From a virus (taxonomy: Duplodnaviria > Caudoviricetes): a stretch of DNA of 64,000 bases. Within the stretch, counting starts at the first letter, position 1. Each line of letters opens with the position of its first letter. Below, piece by piece: positions 9,076 through 18,430 of this stretch. Made by a program: the position numbers and the translations under genes. The stretch covers positions 36,424 to 100,423 of IMG/VR virus record IMGVR_UViG_3300043101_000190; one strand, written 5' to 3'. The notes under the pieces were generated by a model. The model saw nothing but the letters and a program-made list of their open reading frames with translations. It ran no database searches and had not been told where the DNA came from.

Positions 9076-10791
9076 ATGGATGTAAGCAAGGAAAGATTTT
9101 TAAGTAAATTTCCTTATAAAGAAATGAGAAAAGAACAACAATATGTTTTGGAAAAAATATATGACAATTATGACAAATATGATTATTTTGTAATAGAAGC
9201 TCCAACGGGAACAGGCAAGTCGGCAATAGCAAAAACCTTATTAGATAATGTAAAATATGGCACTATATTAACAAGCACTAAACATTTACAAAATCAATAT
9301 GAAAATGAATTTCAGAATATGCCTTCTATAAAAGGTAGGAGTAATTATGAATGTTTTTTTAGTAATGGTTGTGTTCGTTGTGATAAAGCTCCTTGTAGAA
9401 CAAATCAAACATTAAAAAATGAATGTTCCCAACAAGATTTATGTGAGTATGATAAAAAATTATCAATAGTAAGACAAAATTCTTTTGTAAGTTCATATTC
9501 ATTTTTTTTATCTTCTAAGTCAAATTTATTTGCAGGTAAAAGAGAAAAGCAAAAGACGAAACCATTTTTAGATTTAATTATTCTTGATGAATGTCATTTG
9601 TTGGAAAATAATCTTGTTTCTGATGTTGGTTTTTCTTTAAATGTTGAGGAATTAGATAATCAATTTGAAATATTGACAGATATTGAACTTGATGAATTAT
9701 TAAAATTAACATCAAAGTTCAAAGAAGGTTATGAAAATAATAAGATTACTTTTAAAGCGGTAAATAGTGTTTTAAGACGAAGAAATAAATATTATTATCA
9801 AAAAATAAAAGAATTAAATTTAGCAGATAAAAATATAAAGAATATATCTGTTGATGATATAATTGAAAATTCAGAACTCGTAAGTAAACAGGAAAAAATA
9901 GAAAAGCTATTAAAGAAATTAGAAAAGTTTTTAACAGCTAGTGATAAGGAAAATTGGGTAGTAGAACCTAATGAAAAAACTTTATATGTTCAACCTATAA
10001 ATATAGGTAATTATTTTCTTGATAGAATAAAAAATTATACAGATAAAGTTGTATTTTTATCAGCTACTATTTTGGATTTGGATGGATTTGTAGACGATTT
10101 AAATATAGATAAGAGTAGAGTTCTTAAAATAAGAATACCATCTACATTTGATGCTAAAAACTCACCTATTGTTTATGTTCCTTGTGGTAGTATGAGTTAT
10201 AAAAATATAGATAATACTATTCCTAATGTTGTAAAAGAAATTAAACGTATATTAAAAGAACATAAAGGAGAAAAAGGTATTATTCATACAAACAATTATA
10301 GAATAACAGAAGAAATAATTAAACAAGTAAATAGTAATAGGTTAATTTATTGTAATAAAAATAATAAAATAAATAATGAGGAATTATTAAAAATACACGA
10401 GCAATCAAAAAGAGATACGGTTCTTATTTCACCGTCATTATCAACAGGTGTTGATTTAAAAGATGATTTAAGTAGATTTCAAATAATAATTAAAATGCCA
10501 TTTCTTTCATTAGGTGATAGACGAGTAAATAAAAAATCTAAAGTAAATAAAAAATGGTATACTGTTGAAATGCTTAGAGGTCTTATGCAAATGTGCGGTA
10601 GAAGTACAAGACACGCTGATGATTATTGTGTTACTTATATATTAGATAGTTCATTTTCTTACTATGTATATAATTACGCAAAAATATTAGGTAAATCTTT
10701 TTTGAAAAGATGTATTTTAGATAAGGATATCTTCCATTTAGATAGATGGAAAGAATATGTAGAAGGGAAAATAAGCAATGAAAAAATATGA
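9076..10791 (+). CDS. DinG/XPD-family SF2 helicase with Fe-S cysteines
   Basis: EAPTGTGKS Walker A, KGRSNYxC, DECH, SAT, GVD, KxPF, QMCGRSTR; GAGGTG SD favours ATG 9076. Confidence 0.85.
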   Translation: MDVSKERFLSKFPYKEMRKEQQYVLEKIYDNYDKYDYFVIEAPTGTGKSAIAKTLLDNVKYGTILTSTKHLQNQYENEFQNMPSIKGRSNYECFFSNGCVRCDKAPCRTNQTLKNECSQQDLCEYDKKLSIVRQNSFVSSYSFFLSSKSNLFAGKREKQKTKPFLDLIILDECHLLENNLVSDVGFSLNVEELDNQFEILTDIELDELLKLTSKFKEGYENNKITFKAVNSVLRRRNKYYYQKIKELNLADKNIKNISVDDIIENSELVSKQEKIEKLLKKLEKFLTASDKENWVVEPNEKTLYVQPINIGNYFLDRIKNYTDKVVFLSATILDLDGFVDDLNIDKSRVLKIRIPSTFDAKNSPIVYVPCGSMSYKNIDNTIPNVVKEIKRILKEHKGEKGIIHTNNYRITEEIIKQVNSNRLIYCNKNNKINNEELLKIHEQSKRDTVLISPSLSTGVDLKDDLSRFQIIIKMPFLSLGDRRVNKKSKVNKKWYTVEMLRGLMQMCGRSTRHADDYCVTYILDSSFSYYVYNYAKILGKSFLKRCILDKDIFHLDRWKEYVEGKISNEKI

Positions 10792-12262
10792 TATAATAAT
10801 AGTTGGAGCAGGACCAGCAGGTGTATTTTGTGCTTATAAGTTAATGAAAGAAAACCCTGACTTAAAGGTTTGTATAATGGAAAAGGGTAAATCATTAGCT
10901 GAAAGAAAGTGTCCTATATCAGAAGGTAAGGTAAATAAGTGTGTTAATTGCAAACAGTGTTCTATAATGAGTGGTTTTATGGGAGCAGGAGCATTTTCAG
11001 ATGGCAAGTATAATATAACTACTGAATATGGTGGCTTTTTGAACGGCTATATTCCTGATGATAAATTATTCTCTTTAATGAATGAAGTGGATAGCATAAA
11101 CTTAAAAATGTTCCATAGTTATAATAAAAGAAAGTTTAGTGAAACTTTAGATACTGCTTATTTGGATGATAATATAAGACAAATAAGATTATTTAGCTCT
11201 TATGATGAAGATTTAAAGAAGAAGTGTTTGCAGAATAATTTGCATTTATTAAGTGGTCAGTGTAGACATTTAGGTACTGATAATAATTTAAGAATTGGTG
11301 AGCAGCTCTTTTATGAATTATCTGAAAAAGTAGATATTATGTTTGAAACACAGGTAGAAACTTTTGGTTTTAGAGAAGATTTAAATGTTTTTGAAGTAAA
11401 ATGCAAGCAAAAAGTTGACCTTGTGGAAGATGAAACAGTATATTACGCAGCAGATAAATTAGTTGTAGCTCCTGGTAGAGTAGGTGCTGAATGGTTAAAA
11501 GAAGTATGTAAAACATTAGATATTAAAACAACTAATAATCAGGTTGATATTGGTGTAAGAGTAGAAGTACCTTATGAAATATTAAGTGATATTACTGATA
11601 AGATATATGAGTTGAAAATAAAGTATAAGACAGATAAGTATGAAGATACAGTAAGAACATTCTGTATGAATCCTAAGGGATATGTTGTTACTGAAAATTC
11701 AGATGGTATTATTACTGTAAATGGTCATAGTTTTGATGACCCGAATTTAGCAAGTAAGAATACTAACTTTGCTTTATTGGTAAGTAATAGATTTACAGAA
11801 CCTTTTGACGAACCATATAAGTATGGTAAATCAATAGCTTCATTTAGTAATATGTTAGGTGATGGTATTATTGTTCAAAGGTTTGGTGACTTAATAAGAC
11901 ATAGAAGAACTAATGCACACAGATTAGGTCAAAATACTGTAAGACCTACATTAAATGCAACTCCTGGTGATTTATCATTAGTTTTACCTAAAAGACATTT
12001 GGATAATATTATTGATATGATATATCAAATGAATAAAATAATTCCAGGTATGACAAATGACGATATATTACTTTATGGAATTGAAACTAAGTTTTATTCT
12101 GCTAAGGTTGAAGTAAATAATAACTTAGAAACAAGTATTAAAAATTTATATTGTATTGGTGACGGTAGTGGATGGACAAGAAGTTTAAGTTATGCTTCTG
12201 CTTCTGGTATATATGTTGCTGACAATATTTTAAATGATAAAAGAAATGTTGTATTGGACTAA
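10778..12262 (+). CDS. FAD-dependent oxidoreductase (COG2509-like)
   Basis: IVGAGPAG Rossmann motif, GAGAFSDGK, RTFCMNP, NGHS, C-terminal LYCIGDGSG; CxxCxxC cluster. Confidence 0.85.
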   Translation: MKKYDIIIVGAGPAGVFCAYKLMKENPDLKVCIMEKGKSLAERKCPISEGKVNKCVNCKQCSIMSGFMGAGAFSDGKYNITTEYGGFLNGYIPDDKLFSLMNEVDSINLKMFHSYNKRKFSETLDTAYLDDNIRQIRLFSSYDEDLKKKCLQNNLHLLSGQCRHLGTDNNLRIGEQLFYELSEKVDIMFETQVETFGFREDLNVFEVKCKQKVDLVEDETVYYAADKLVVAPGRVGAEWLKEVCKTLDIKTTNNQVDIGVRVEVPYEILSDITDKIYELKIKYKTDKYEDTVRTFCMNPKGYVVTENSDGIITVNGHSFDDPNLASKNTNFALLVSNRFTEPFDEPYKYGKSIASFSNMLGDGIIVQRFGDLIRHRRTNAHRLGQNTVRPTLNATPGDLSLVLPKRHLDNIIDMIYQMNKIIPGMTNDDILLYGIETKFYSAKVEVNNNLETSIKNLYCIGDGSGWTRSLSYASASGIYVADNILNDKRNVVLD

Positions 12263-12325
12263 AAAATTCTTAAAAATAATTATTTAAGGAAATTAAAAAT
12301 ATATTATTATATTGAATTAAAATTT

Positions 12326-12356
12326 AAAGGGTGGTTGGTAACAATCGCCCTTTTTT
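12326..12356 (+). terminator. intrinsic terminator
   Basis: AAAGGGTGGTTG...CAATCGCCCTTTTTT. Confidence 0.65.
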
Positions 12357-12372
12357 ATGAGGAGAAATTAAA

Positions 12373-12846
12373 ATGAATAATCAAGAATTGTACGAAGTTT
12401 CGACAGACGATGAATATTGTTTTAATTTAAAGGAGTATATAATAAATAATTGTAATATTAATTCAAAAACATTTTTTTCTTATATAAGGGATTGTAATGG
12501 CTTTATTGAAAATTGTTCTCCAACAATTAGTAAAGCCACTTGCAATATCGTTCAAAATAAATTATTCTTTATTAAATCTAAAGGTATTGATATTAAAAAT
12601 TTTAAAGGACAAATTTCATTATGTAAAAATAAAAATCTTTATGATTGGATTCACTTTTATCTACTTAATGAATTAAGTTGGGAAGAAGTAAAATATTTTG
12701 TTAATATATTAAATAATTATGATATTTCAAAAAGAAAGATAAATAAAATATATTTCAACAGTTTAAAAGACGTAAATAATTTTATATCTAAATTAGATAA
12801 AACTAATAATAAAAGTTGTCTAAAGGTAGAAAAAATAAGTATTTAA
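12373..12846 (+). CDS. hypothetical protein
   Basis: 157-aa ORF with GAGGAG SD. Confidence 0.6.
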   Translation: MNNQELYEVSTDDEYCFNLKEYIINNCNINSKTFFSYIRDCNGFIENCSPTISKATCNIVQNKLFFIKSKGIDIKNFKGQISLCKNKNLYDWIHFYLLNELSWEEVKYFVNILNNYDISKRKINKIYFNSLKDVNNFISKLDKTNNKSCLKVEKISI

Positions 12847-12998
12847 GTATGATTTTTTAATTAAACGCATATTAAATCGAATAATATTTATATATTAGAA
12901 TTGAGTAAATTATTTATAATTCCAAAACTTTATGTAATACATTTATGTAATTTTTTAAAGAAAGTAACTTAGTAAATGTAGAAAGTGAGGTGGGAAAT

Positions 12999-13517
12999 AT
13001 GAATTTAACTATTTTAGATGATTTTTTCTTGGAGTGTGAGCAAAAGGATTATGCACTGTATAGGCATTTAGAGAGAGTATCAATGCTTGCTTATGCAACT
13101 GCACAAGAATTAGGTTTATCTTCTAAAGAATTAGAGATGGCGTATATTTCAGGATTGTTACACGATATTGGTAAATTCCATTCTTTAACAGAAATGGAAC
13201 ATTATTCTAGTGTATCTGCAACAATTGTAAATTCTTTAAAAGAGTTTGAAAACATACCGAACATTATTTTACAGATAGAAGAAAAATATAATGGTAAAGG
13301 TTATCCATTAGGGTTAAAAGAGGATGAAATTAGTTTAATATCATACATAATTATTATATGTAATTATTATGATGAATTAAGAATGTTGGGAAAAACGCAT
13401 AATGAAGCGACACACGAATTGAAGTCTAATTCAAAAGTGCTATTTCCTGACCAGCTGATAAAGCCATTTATTAATTCTACTGAAAAGAATAATTTAGATA
13501 AAGAGTATGGTGAATAA
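12999..13517 (+). CDS. HD-GYP domain protein (degenerate active site)
   Basis: HLERV, LLHDIGK, GKGYPLGL; HHE replaced by IEE. Confidence 0.75.
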   Translation: MNLTILDDFFLECEQKDYALYRHLERVSMLAYATAQELGLSSKELEMAYISGLLHDIGKFHSLTEMEHYSSVSATIVNSLKEFENIPNIILQIEEKYNGKGYPLGLKEDEISLISYIIIICNYYDELRMLGKTHNEATHELKSNSKVLFPDQLIKPFINSTEKNNLDKEYGE

Positions 13518-13520
13518 AAA

Positions 13521-13784
13521 TTGAAGAAATATGATGCTGAGGAACAGAATTTGTTCAGAATTATAAAAGCTTCTGGTTATAAAACAACAAGTGATAAATT
13601 AGGAATGTATTTTGATAATGGTGATAAGAAATTCAGTGTTATTAAAATAGGTAATATTTATAATTGTTATTATAACAAAAAAAAAGGCGAAAAAGAATAT
13701 GAACTTAAAGAGAGTTTTTTGTCACAGATTTTATTGAAGCAATGTTTGTTTTGGATAGTAAATAATTTAAATAAAAAAGATTAA
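13521..13784 (+). CDS. hypothetical protein
   Basis: 87-aa ORF coupled to HD-GYP gene. Confidence 0.55.
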   Translation: MKKYDAEEQNLFRIIKASGYKTTSDKLGMYFDNGDKKFSVIKIGNIYNCYYNKKKGEKEYELKESFLSQILLKQCLFWIVNNLNKKD

Positions 13785-13847
13785 TAAAAATAAAAATTTC
13801 TAATATATAATATAGAAATTTAATTCAAAGAAAGGATTTTGATATTT

Positions 13848-14111
13848 ATGAAGATTAAGAGTGTAAATGTAACAATGGACGATGGCTCAGTAAAGGAGTT
13901 TGAGATTCTTGATTGTATAATTCTTGGTTTAGCTAAGGGTGAAGAAGAAGGTAAGGATGTAGTACTTTCACAGATTTCTGAGAATAATTCTTTACAACTT
14001 GCTATGCTTAAGAACATTATTCACTATGTTCCAAAGGCAGCAGAAGAAGCAGAAACAGAGGAAGCAGAAGCAGCTGATGAATCTCCAATTGAAGTTGTAG
14101 ATGCTGAGTAA
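13848..14111 (+). CDS. small acidic protein, high-expression codon bias
   Basis: AAAGGA SD, ATG 13848. Confidence 0.6.
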   Translation: MKIKSVNVTMDDGSVKEFEILDCIILGLAKGEEEGKDVVLSQISENNSLQLAMLKNIIHYVPKAAEEAETEEAEAADESPIEVVDAE

Positions 14112-14141
14112 TTTTTAGCTTATTTAAGGGAGAAAAGTTTA

Positions 14142-14384
14142 ATGGATAATGAATTGATTATTGCACAATTAAATAATAATTTGCAAATGCTTAATAGTAA
14201 TCTAACGTATTTAAGTAATCAAATTAAAACTATTGATAAAAAAGTTAATGATATTTTAGTGGTTTTAAATAATAATAGGTTAGATGATGAAAATTTAAGA
14301 AATGAAATTGAGAATTTATCTGTTGAAATTAGCTCCATTGAGAATACAGTTAAAAACAATGCAAGAGAAAGATTTTATTATTAA
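14142..14384 (+). CDS. coiled-coil hypothetical protein
   Basis: Heptad L/I pattern; AAGGGAG SD. Confidence 0.6.
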   Translation: MDNELIIAQLNNNLQMLNSNLTYLSNQIKTIDKKVNDILVVLNNNRLDDENLRNEIENLSVEISSIENTVKNNARERFYY

Positions 14385-14391
14385 AATTTTC

Positions 14392-14422
14392 ACTCCCTAC
14401 TATAAAAAGTGGGGAGTTTTTT
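14392..14422 (+). terminator. intrinsic terminator
   Basis: ACTCCCTACT...AGTGGGGAGT plus T tract. Confidence 0.65.
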
Positions 14423-14546
14423 ATTATTAAAAATGTATTTTTTGTATGTAAATAAATATTATAGTTTAATTACTTTATTAAATAAGTAAAATAAAACTTT
14501 TTGATATATATATCGAATAAAATTCGATAAAGAAGGAGGACTTATT

Positions 14547-15122
14547 TTGTTTAGATTTAAGGCAAAAATTGGTACTGTAAAAATAAATGATTTAAAGTTA
14601 AGTATCAATAGTAAAGATTGGACATATCTTGATGACGAAAAGGCAACTAAATCAAAAGATATTAAGAATAATGTTGAAAAGCTGATAGTTGAAACAGATA
14701 ATGAAAAGTTTAAGACTAAGAATCAACCTAAGAAAGAAACAGTAATTTCAAAGGAAGATGTTATAGTTGAGAAAGAGAACAAGATGTATACTGTTTCTCC
14801 TAACGAGAACAATTCAACTAAGAATGAAGATTTACAGCCAAAGTCAGAGGATATTACATATACTTCAAAAGAAGAAACTGTTAAGATTGAACCAAAAACA
14901 GAAGTTAAAGAAGTAGAAGTTTCTGTTGCAAAGAAAGAATCTGTAAAAGAAGAAGTAAAGGAAGAAACAACTTCTGAAAAGACTGATAAAAAGACAAAAA
15001 TAGACAAGAAAGAAACAAAGACAAAGACTTCAAAAACAATAGATAAGGAAATAAATAAGGATAAAAAGAATATTAGTAAAATAGAAAAAACATCAACAAA
15101 GACAGCTAAAGAAACTAAATAA
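14547..15122 (+). CDS. K/E/T-rich protein, probably virion-associated
   Basis: GGAGG SD, TTG start, low-complexity C-terminus. Confidence 0.6.
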   Translation: MFRFKAKIGTVKINDLKLSINSKDWTYLDDEKATKSKDIKNNVEKLIVETDNEKFKTKNQPKKETVISKEDVIVEKENKMYTVSPNENNSTKNEDLQPKSEDITYTSKEETVKIEPKTEVKEVEVSVAKKESVKEEVKEETTSEKTDKKTKIDKKETKTKTSKTIDKEINKDKKNISKIEKTSTKTAKETK

Positions 15123-15153
15123 TTTTTGTTGATTACAAGGAGGTTTACTCATA

Positions 15154-16077
15154 ATGGTAGAGTGGTTAGAGAAGTTTGCACAGAGTAGAACAACAAAGAA
15201 AATGAATAGAACAGCAAGTCAGGTAATTGTTGATAAGGACAAGTTCCCTGATGCAGAAGATGGCGATACAGTTGATTTTGAAAATCAGAAGTATAAGGTA
15301 GTTAATAGCAAGTTTGCTGATGCAGATGGCGAGGGTGTTGTTTTAGAGAGCATTGATGAAGATGCACCTGTTGAAACTACTGAGGAAGTTGCAGCAGAAG
15401 AAACTCATGTAGAACCTGATGTTATGGACGTTGCTATGGGTACATCACCTGCTTATGATAAGCATAAGAATAAAGCACAGGAGTATGCTAATGTTGACCC
15501 TGAGGTTAATGACCCAGACCCAAGAGATGACGAAGTCGCTAAGTTTGAAGAAGAAGCAAAGGCAACGGAGGAAGCTATTGCAGCAGAAGATGCTATTGAT
15601 GGTACATCTGGTGCTACAAAGCCAAACAGAATTTTACAGAGAATGTATGATAGTGGTGCATTTGAAAAGGCAACAGAGGAGGAAGAAGCTCCTGCTGTTT
15701 CTGATGATGATGTAATTGATTTAGAAACATTTGATTTTGATGATGATGTAGAGTTCGGTGTTGATAATGGTGAAACTCCTGATGTTGAGGAAGAAGCACC
15801 TGTTGAGGAAGATACAGATGTAGAACCTGAAACAGAGGAAGTAGAAGATGTTGACGATGCTGATGATATTGAAGATATCGTTAGTGTTGATGATGAAGAA
15901 GAAATTGAAGAAACAGAGCCAGAGGATTCTGATACTGATGAAACAGTAGAGGAAGATGCTGACACAGATGTTGACGAAGATGACGAGGAAGAAGTTGACA
16001 TTGAAGATATCGCAAGTTTAACAAACGAGTTTAATGTTGTTTCAAGTAGATTTACAAACAGATTAAGAAAGAAGTAA
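15154..16077 (+). CDS. highly acidic head-associated protein with basic termini
   Basis: KKMNRTA leader, D/E-rich body, C-term SSRFTNRLRKK; capsid-like codon bias. Confidence 0.6.
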   Translation: MVEWLEKFAQSRTTKKMNRTASQVIVDKDKFPDAEDGDTVDFENQKYKVVNSKFADADGEGVVLESIDEDAPVETTEEVAAEETHVEPDVMDVAMGTSPAYDKHKNKAQEYANVDPEVNDPDPRDDEVAKFEEEAKATEEAIAAEDAIDGTSGATKPNRILQRMYDSGAFEKATEEEEAPAVSDDDVIDLETFDFDDDVEFGVDNGETPDVEEEAPVEEDTDVEPETEEVEDVDDADDIEDIVSVDDEEEIEETEPEDSDTDETVEEDADTDVDEDDEEEVDIEDIASLTNEFNVVSSRFTNRLRKK

Positions 16078-16154
16078 TAAAAATTATAAAATAAAAGTAA
16101 TAAATAAATTAGTAAAATCTATTTTTTATAAAAATCATAAGGAGTGTTTTGAAG

Positions 16155-16721
16155 ATGGTTAAGAAGAATTTAAAGAGAGTATCAAAGAGAAATATGTTAA
16201 AGGTAAAGGCTGCTAAGATTTGTAAGGCATTTGAGGAAGAAGCAGAGGAAATTCTTGAAGATGCAGAGGAAGCAGTTAAGGAAAACTTCCCAGCAAGAAA
16301 TGTAAAGGCAGTTCTTAATCGTGTTTCAGAGAAGCTTGCTAAGGAAGGTATTAGTGCTAAGTTTGATTACAAGGTAACAAGAGGTCAGCTTAGAGCAACA
16401 GCAGCTATCGAAGCAACTGATGAGGAAATCACAGAAGCAGAGGATGCAATTGTATCTGCAACAGTAGCAGAGTTCGAGGACTTACTTGCTGATACTGAGG
16501 AAGTAGCAAACGAGGAAGTTGAGGCTTGTGGCGATATGGCAGAGGACGTTGAGGATGCACTTAAGTGTGATATCGAGTCAAGACTTGCTGCTATGGGTGT
16601 TAATTGCAAGCTTGCTAGAAAGGCTAAGAAGACAGTTAAGAAGGCTTCAAGAAGACCTGTTAGAAAGGCAAACAGAAAGGTTACAAAGAGACAGAATCCT
16701 ATCCTTTCAAGAATGAAGTAA
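16155..16721 (+). CDS. abundant head/core protein with basic termini and repeated [KR]xA sites
   Basis: KVKA, RATA, RKA, KKA motifs; strongest codon bias besides MCP. Confidence 0.6.
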   Translation: MVKKNLKRVSKRNMLKVKAAKICKAFEEEAEEILEDAEEAVKENFPARNVKAVLNRVSEKLAKEGISAKFDYKVTRGQLRATAAIEATDEEITEAEDAIVSATVAEFEDLLADTEEVANEEVEACGDMAEDVEDALKCDIESRLAAMGVNCKLARKAKKTVKKASRRPVRKANRKVTKRQNPILSRMK

Positions 16722-16744
16722 TTTATTTTTAAATGATATATATT

Positions 16745-16779
16745 AAAAGGAAATCGTTTTAAAATGATTTCCTTTTTTT
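16745..16779 (+). terminator. intrinsic terminator
   Basis: AAAAGGAAATCGTT...AATGATTTCCTTTT. Confidence 0.7.
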
Positions 16780-16819
16780 ATTTAATAAATAAATTGAACA
16801 ACAAAGGAAGGGCATAAAA

Positions 16820-17956
16820 ATGAATGTATATAATTTAGGGGAACAAATATTTTTATATGCAACTTTTGAAAATGATTTAAATAATATCTCTTTCTTAAAT
16901 GAACCTGTTGTTGAAATATTCTTTTTAAAAGATAATGATGTTATTACTGTCTTAAAAGAAAAATTACAAACAACAGATTATGTAAATTATTATTATAATT
17001 ATACAATTCCTAATAATTTGGATTTAGGACAATATCAAGTAGTTTATACAGGTTTCGTAAAAGGAAAACAAAATAAAATATTTGAGAATTTTTTTATTGT
17101 TAATAATAGTATTCAAGGAATGAATCCTATTAGATTATATGGATATATATATGATAGTAAAAGTCATAAAAATGTTAATGAAGTAGAAATAAAAGTAATG
17201 AGCGATGATGGAATCTTTTATTATACAACAAATAATTTAATAGGACAATGGGAAGTTTATGTTTATCCTGGTAATTATAATTTTTTATTTAAGAAAAAAG
17301 GATATAAAACACAAGAAGTAAACGCAATTATAAATGATACATTACAAGATATAGAATTTAATAATATTGTAATGGAATAACAGAATAATGATTTATTAGG
17401 TAATGGTATTTATGAAATAAAAGACCAGTATATAACAAAAAATGGTCAACCATTAGAAGAATTAACTGTAAATATTTATAATGTAAATAATTTGAACGAT
17501 TTAATAGTAAATACAAAAACTAATAGTGATGGTGAATGGATTGCTTATTTGGATGAAGGTTTGTATTTATTAAGAGTTTTTGGTACTTTTTTTAGTAAAG
17601 AGTTCGATAAAACATTTAGACTAAAAGTAAATAATAATGGTAATTTTACTTTTGATGATATTACAAAAAATAAAGCAAGTGAAGAAACTATTTTTTATCC
17701 TAATGGTTCAGGTGCTTGTAAGTATATAGATTATTTATATGATAAAAATAACAAACCTATTGTTGATGTACAAGTAAATATTTTAGATGGAAATGATATT
17801 CTGTATCAAAGTTATACTGATTTAAATGGTAAATTTGAATTTAACTTGGATGAAGGAACTTATACATTTGAATTTTATCATCCATCATTTAAAACAATAA
17901 CAAAAAAGATAGAAATTAGTGGAGATTATAATGGTGAACAATTGCAGGGGGAGTAG
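16820..17956 (+). pseudogene. beta-sandwich repeat (carboxypeptidase-regulatory/prealbumin-like) structural gene interrupted by one in-frame TAA
   Basis: ORFs 16820 and 17492 share a frame; sequence after TAA 17378-80 stays open and repeat-like; no SD for 17492. Confidence 0.6.
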
Positions 17957-17959
17957 AAA

Positions 17960-18421
17960 ATGTATTATAAGAAAATTACAAAAACAGTTGATACAAATAA
18001 TACAGATTATAATAAGTTTTCTATTAACAATGCAAGTAATATTTATGTATATATAAATGGTGTATTAGAAAAAAAAGAAAATATAAATTATTCAAATAAT
18101 GAATTAACAATTAATAGTGATTTTAAAAATGAAGATGTAATAATTGTTGAATATTATACAGAAGAAGAAACCTCTTTAAAAATTGATGAAACAATAAAAG
18201 ATTTTACTTTTATTTATGATGATAAAACTGGAACAAGTGGACACTTTTTTGAACTTGAAGGTATAAATGAAAATGATTTAATATTGATTTTTCTTAATGG
18301 TGTTTTGCTATATAAATCATATAGTATATTAACTGATAATAATAAAGTACAAGGTGTAAATATAGAGGGAAAGTTGATACAAGATGATATAATAAATATT
18401 AGGTGTTTTATAAGGAGTTGA
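17960..18421 (+). CDS. virion structural protein with two VxINGVL repeats
   Basis: IYVYINGVL and ILIFLNGVL..DxI repeats common in large-phage structural proteins. Confidence 0.55.
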   Translation: MYYKKITKTVDTNNTDYNKFSINNASNIYVYINGVLEKKENINYSNNELTINSDFKNEDVIIVEYYTEEETSLKIDETIKDFTFIYDDKTGTSGHFFELEGINENDLILIFLNGVLLYKSYSILTDNNKVQGVNIEGKLIQDDIINIRCFIRS

Positions 18422-18430
18422 TAATGCTGT

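Noticed and set aside
13677-13685. A9 run in 13521..13784 as a slippage site
   Set aside because: In frame (Lys-Lys-Lys); A/T runs are common in this AT-rich sequence and do not break genes.
15453-16001. Minus-strand Ser-rich ORFs (also 2741..3025, 14723..15007 and other short antisense or off-frame ORFs in the track)
   Set aside because: Shadows of Glu/Asp-rich sense genes; no SD or promoter support.
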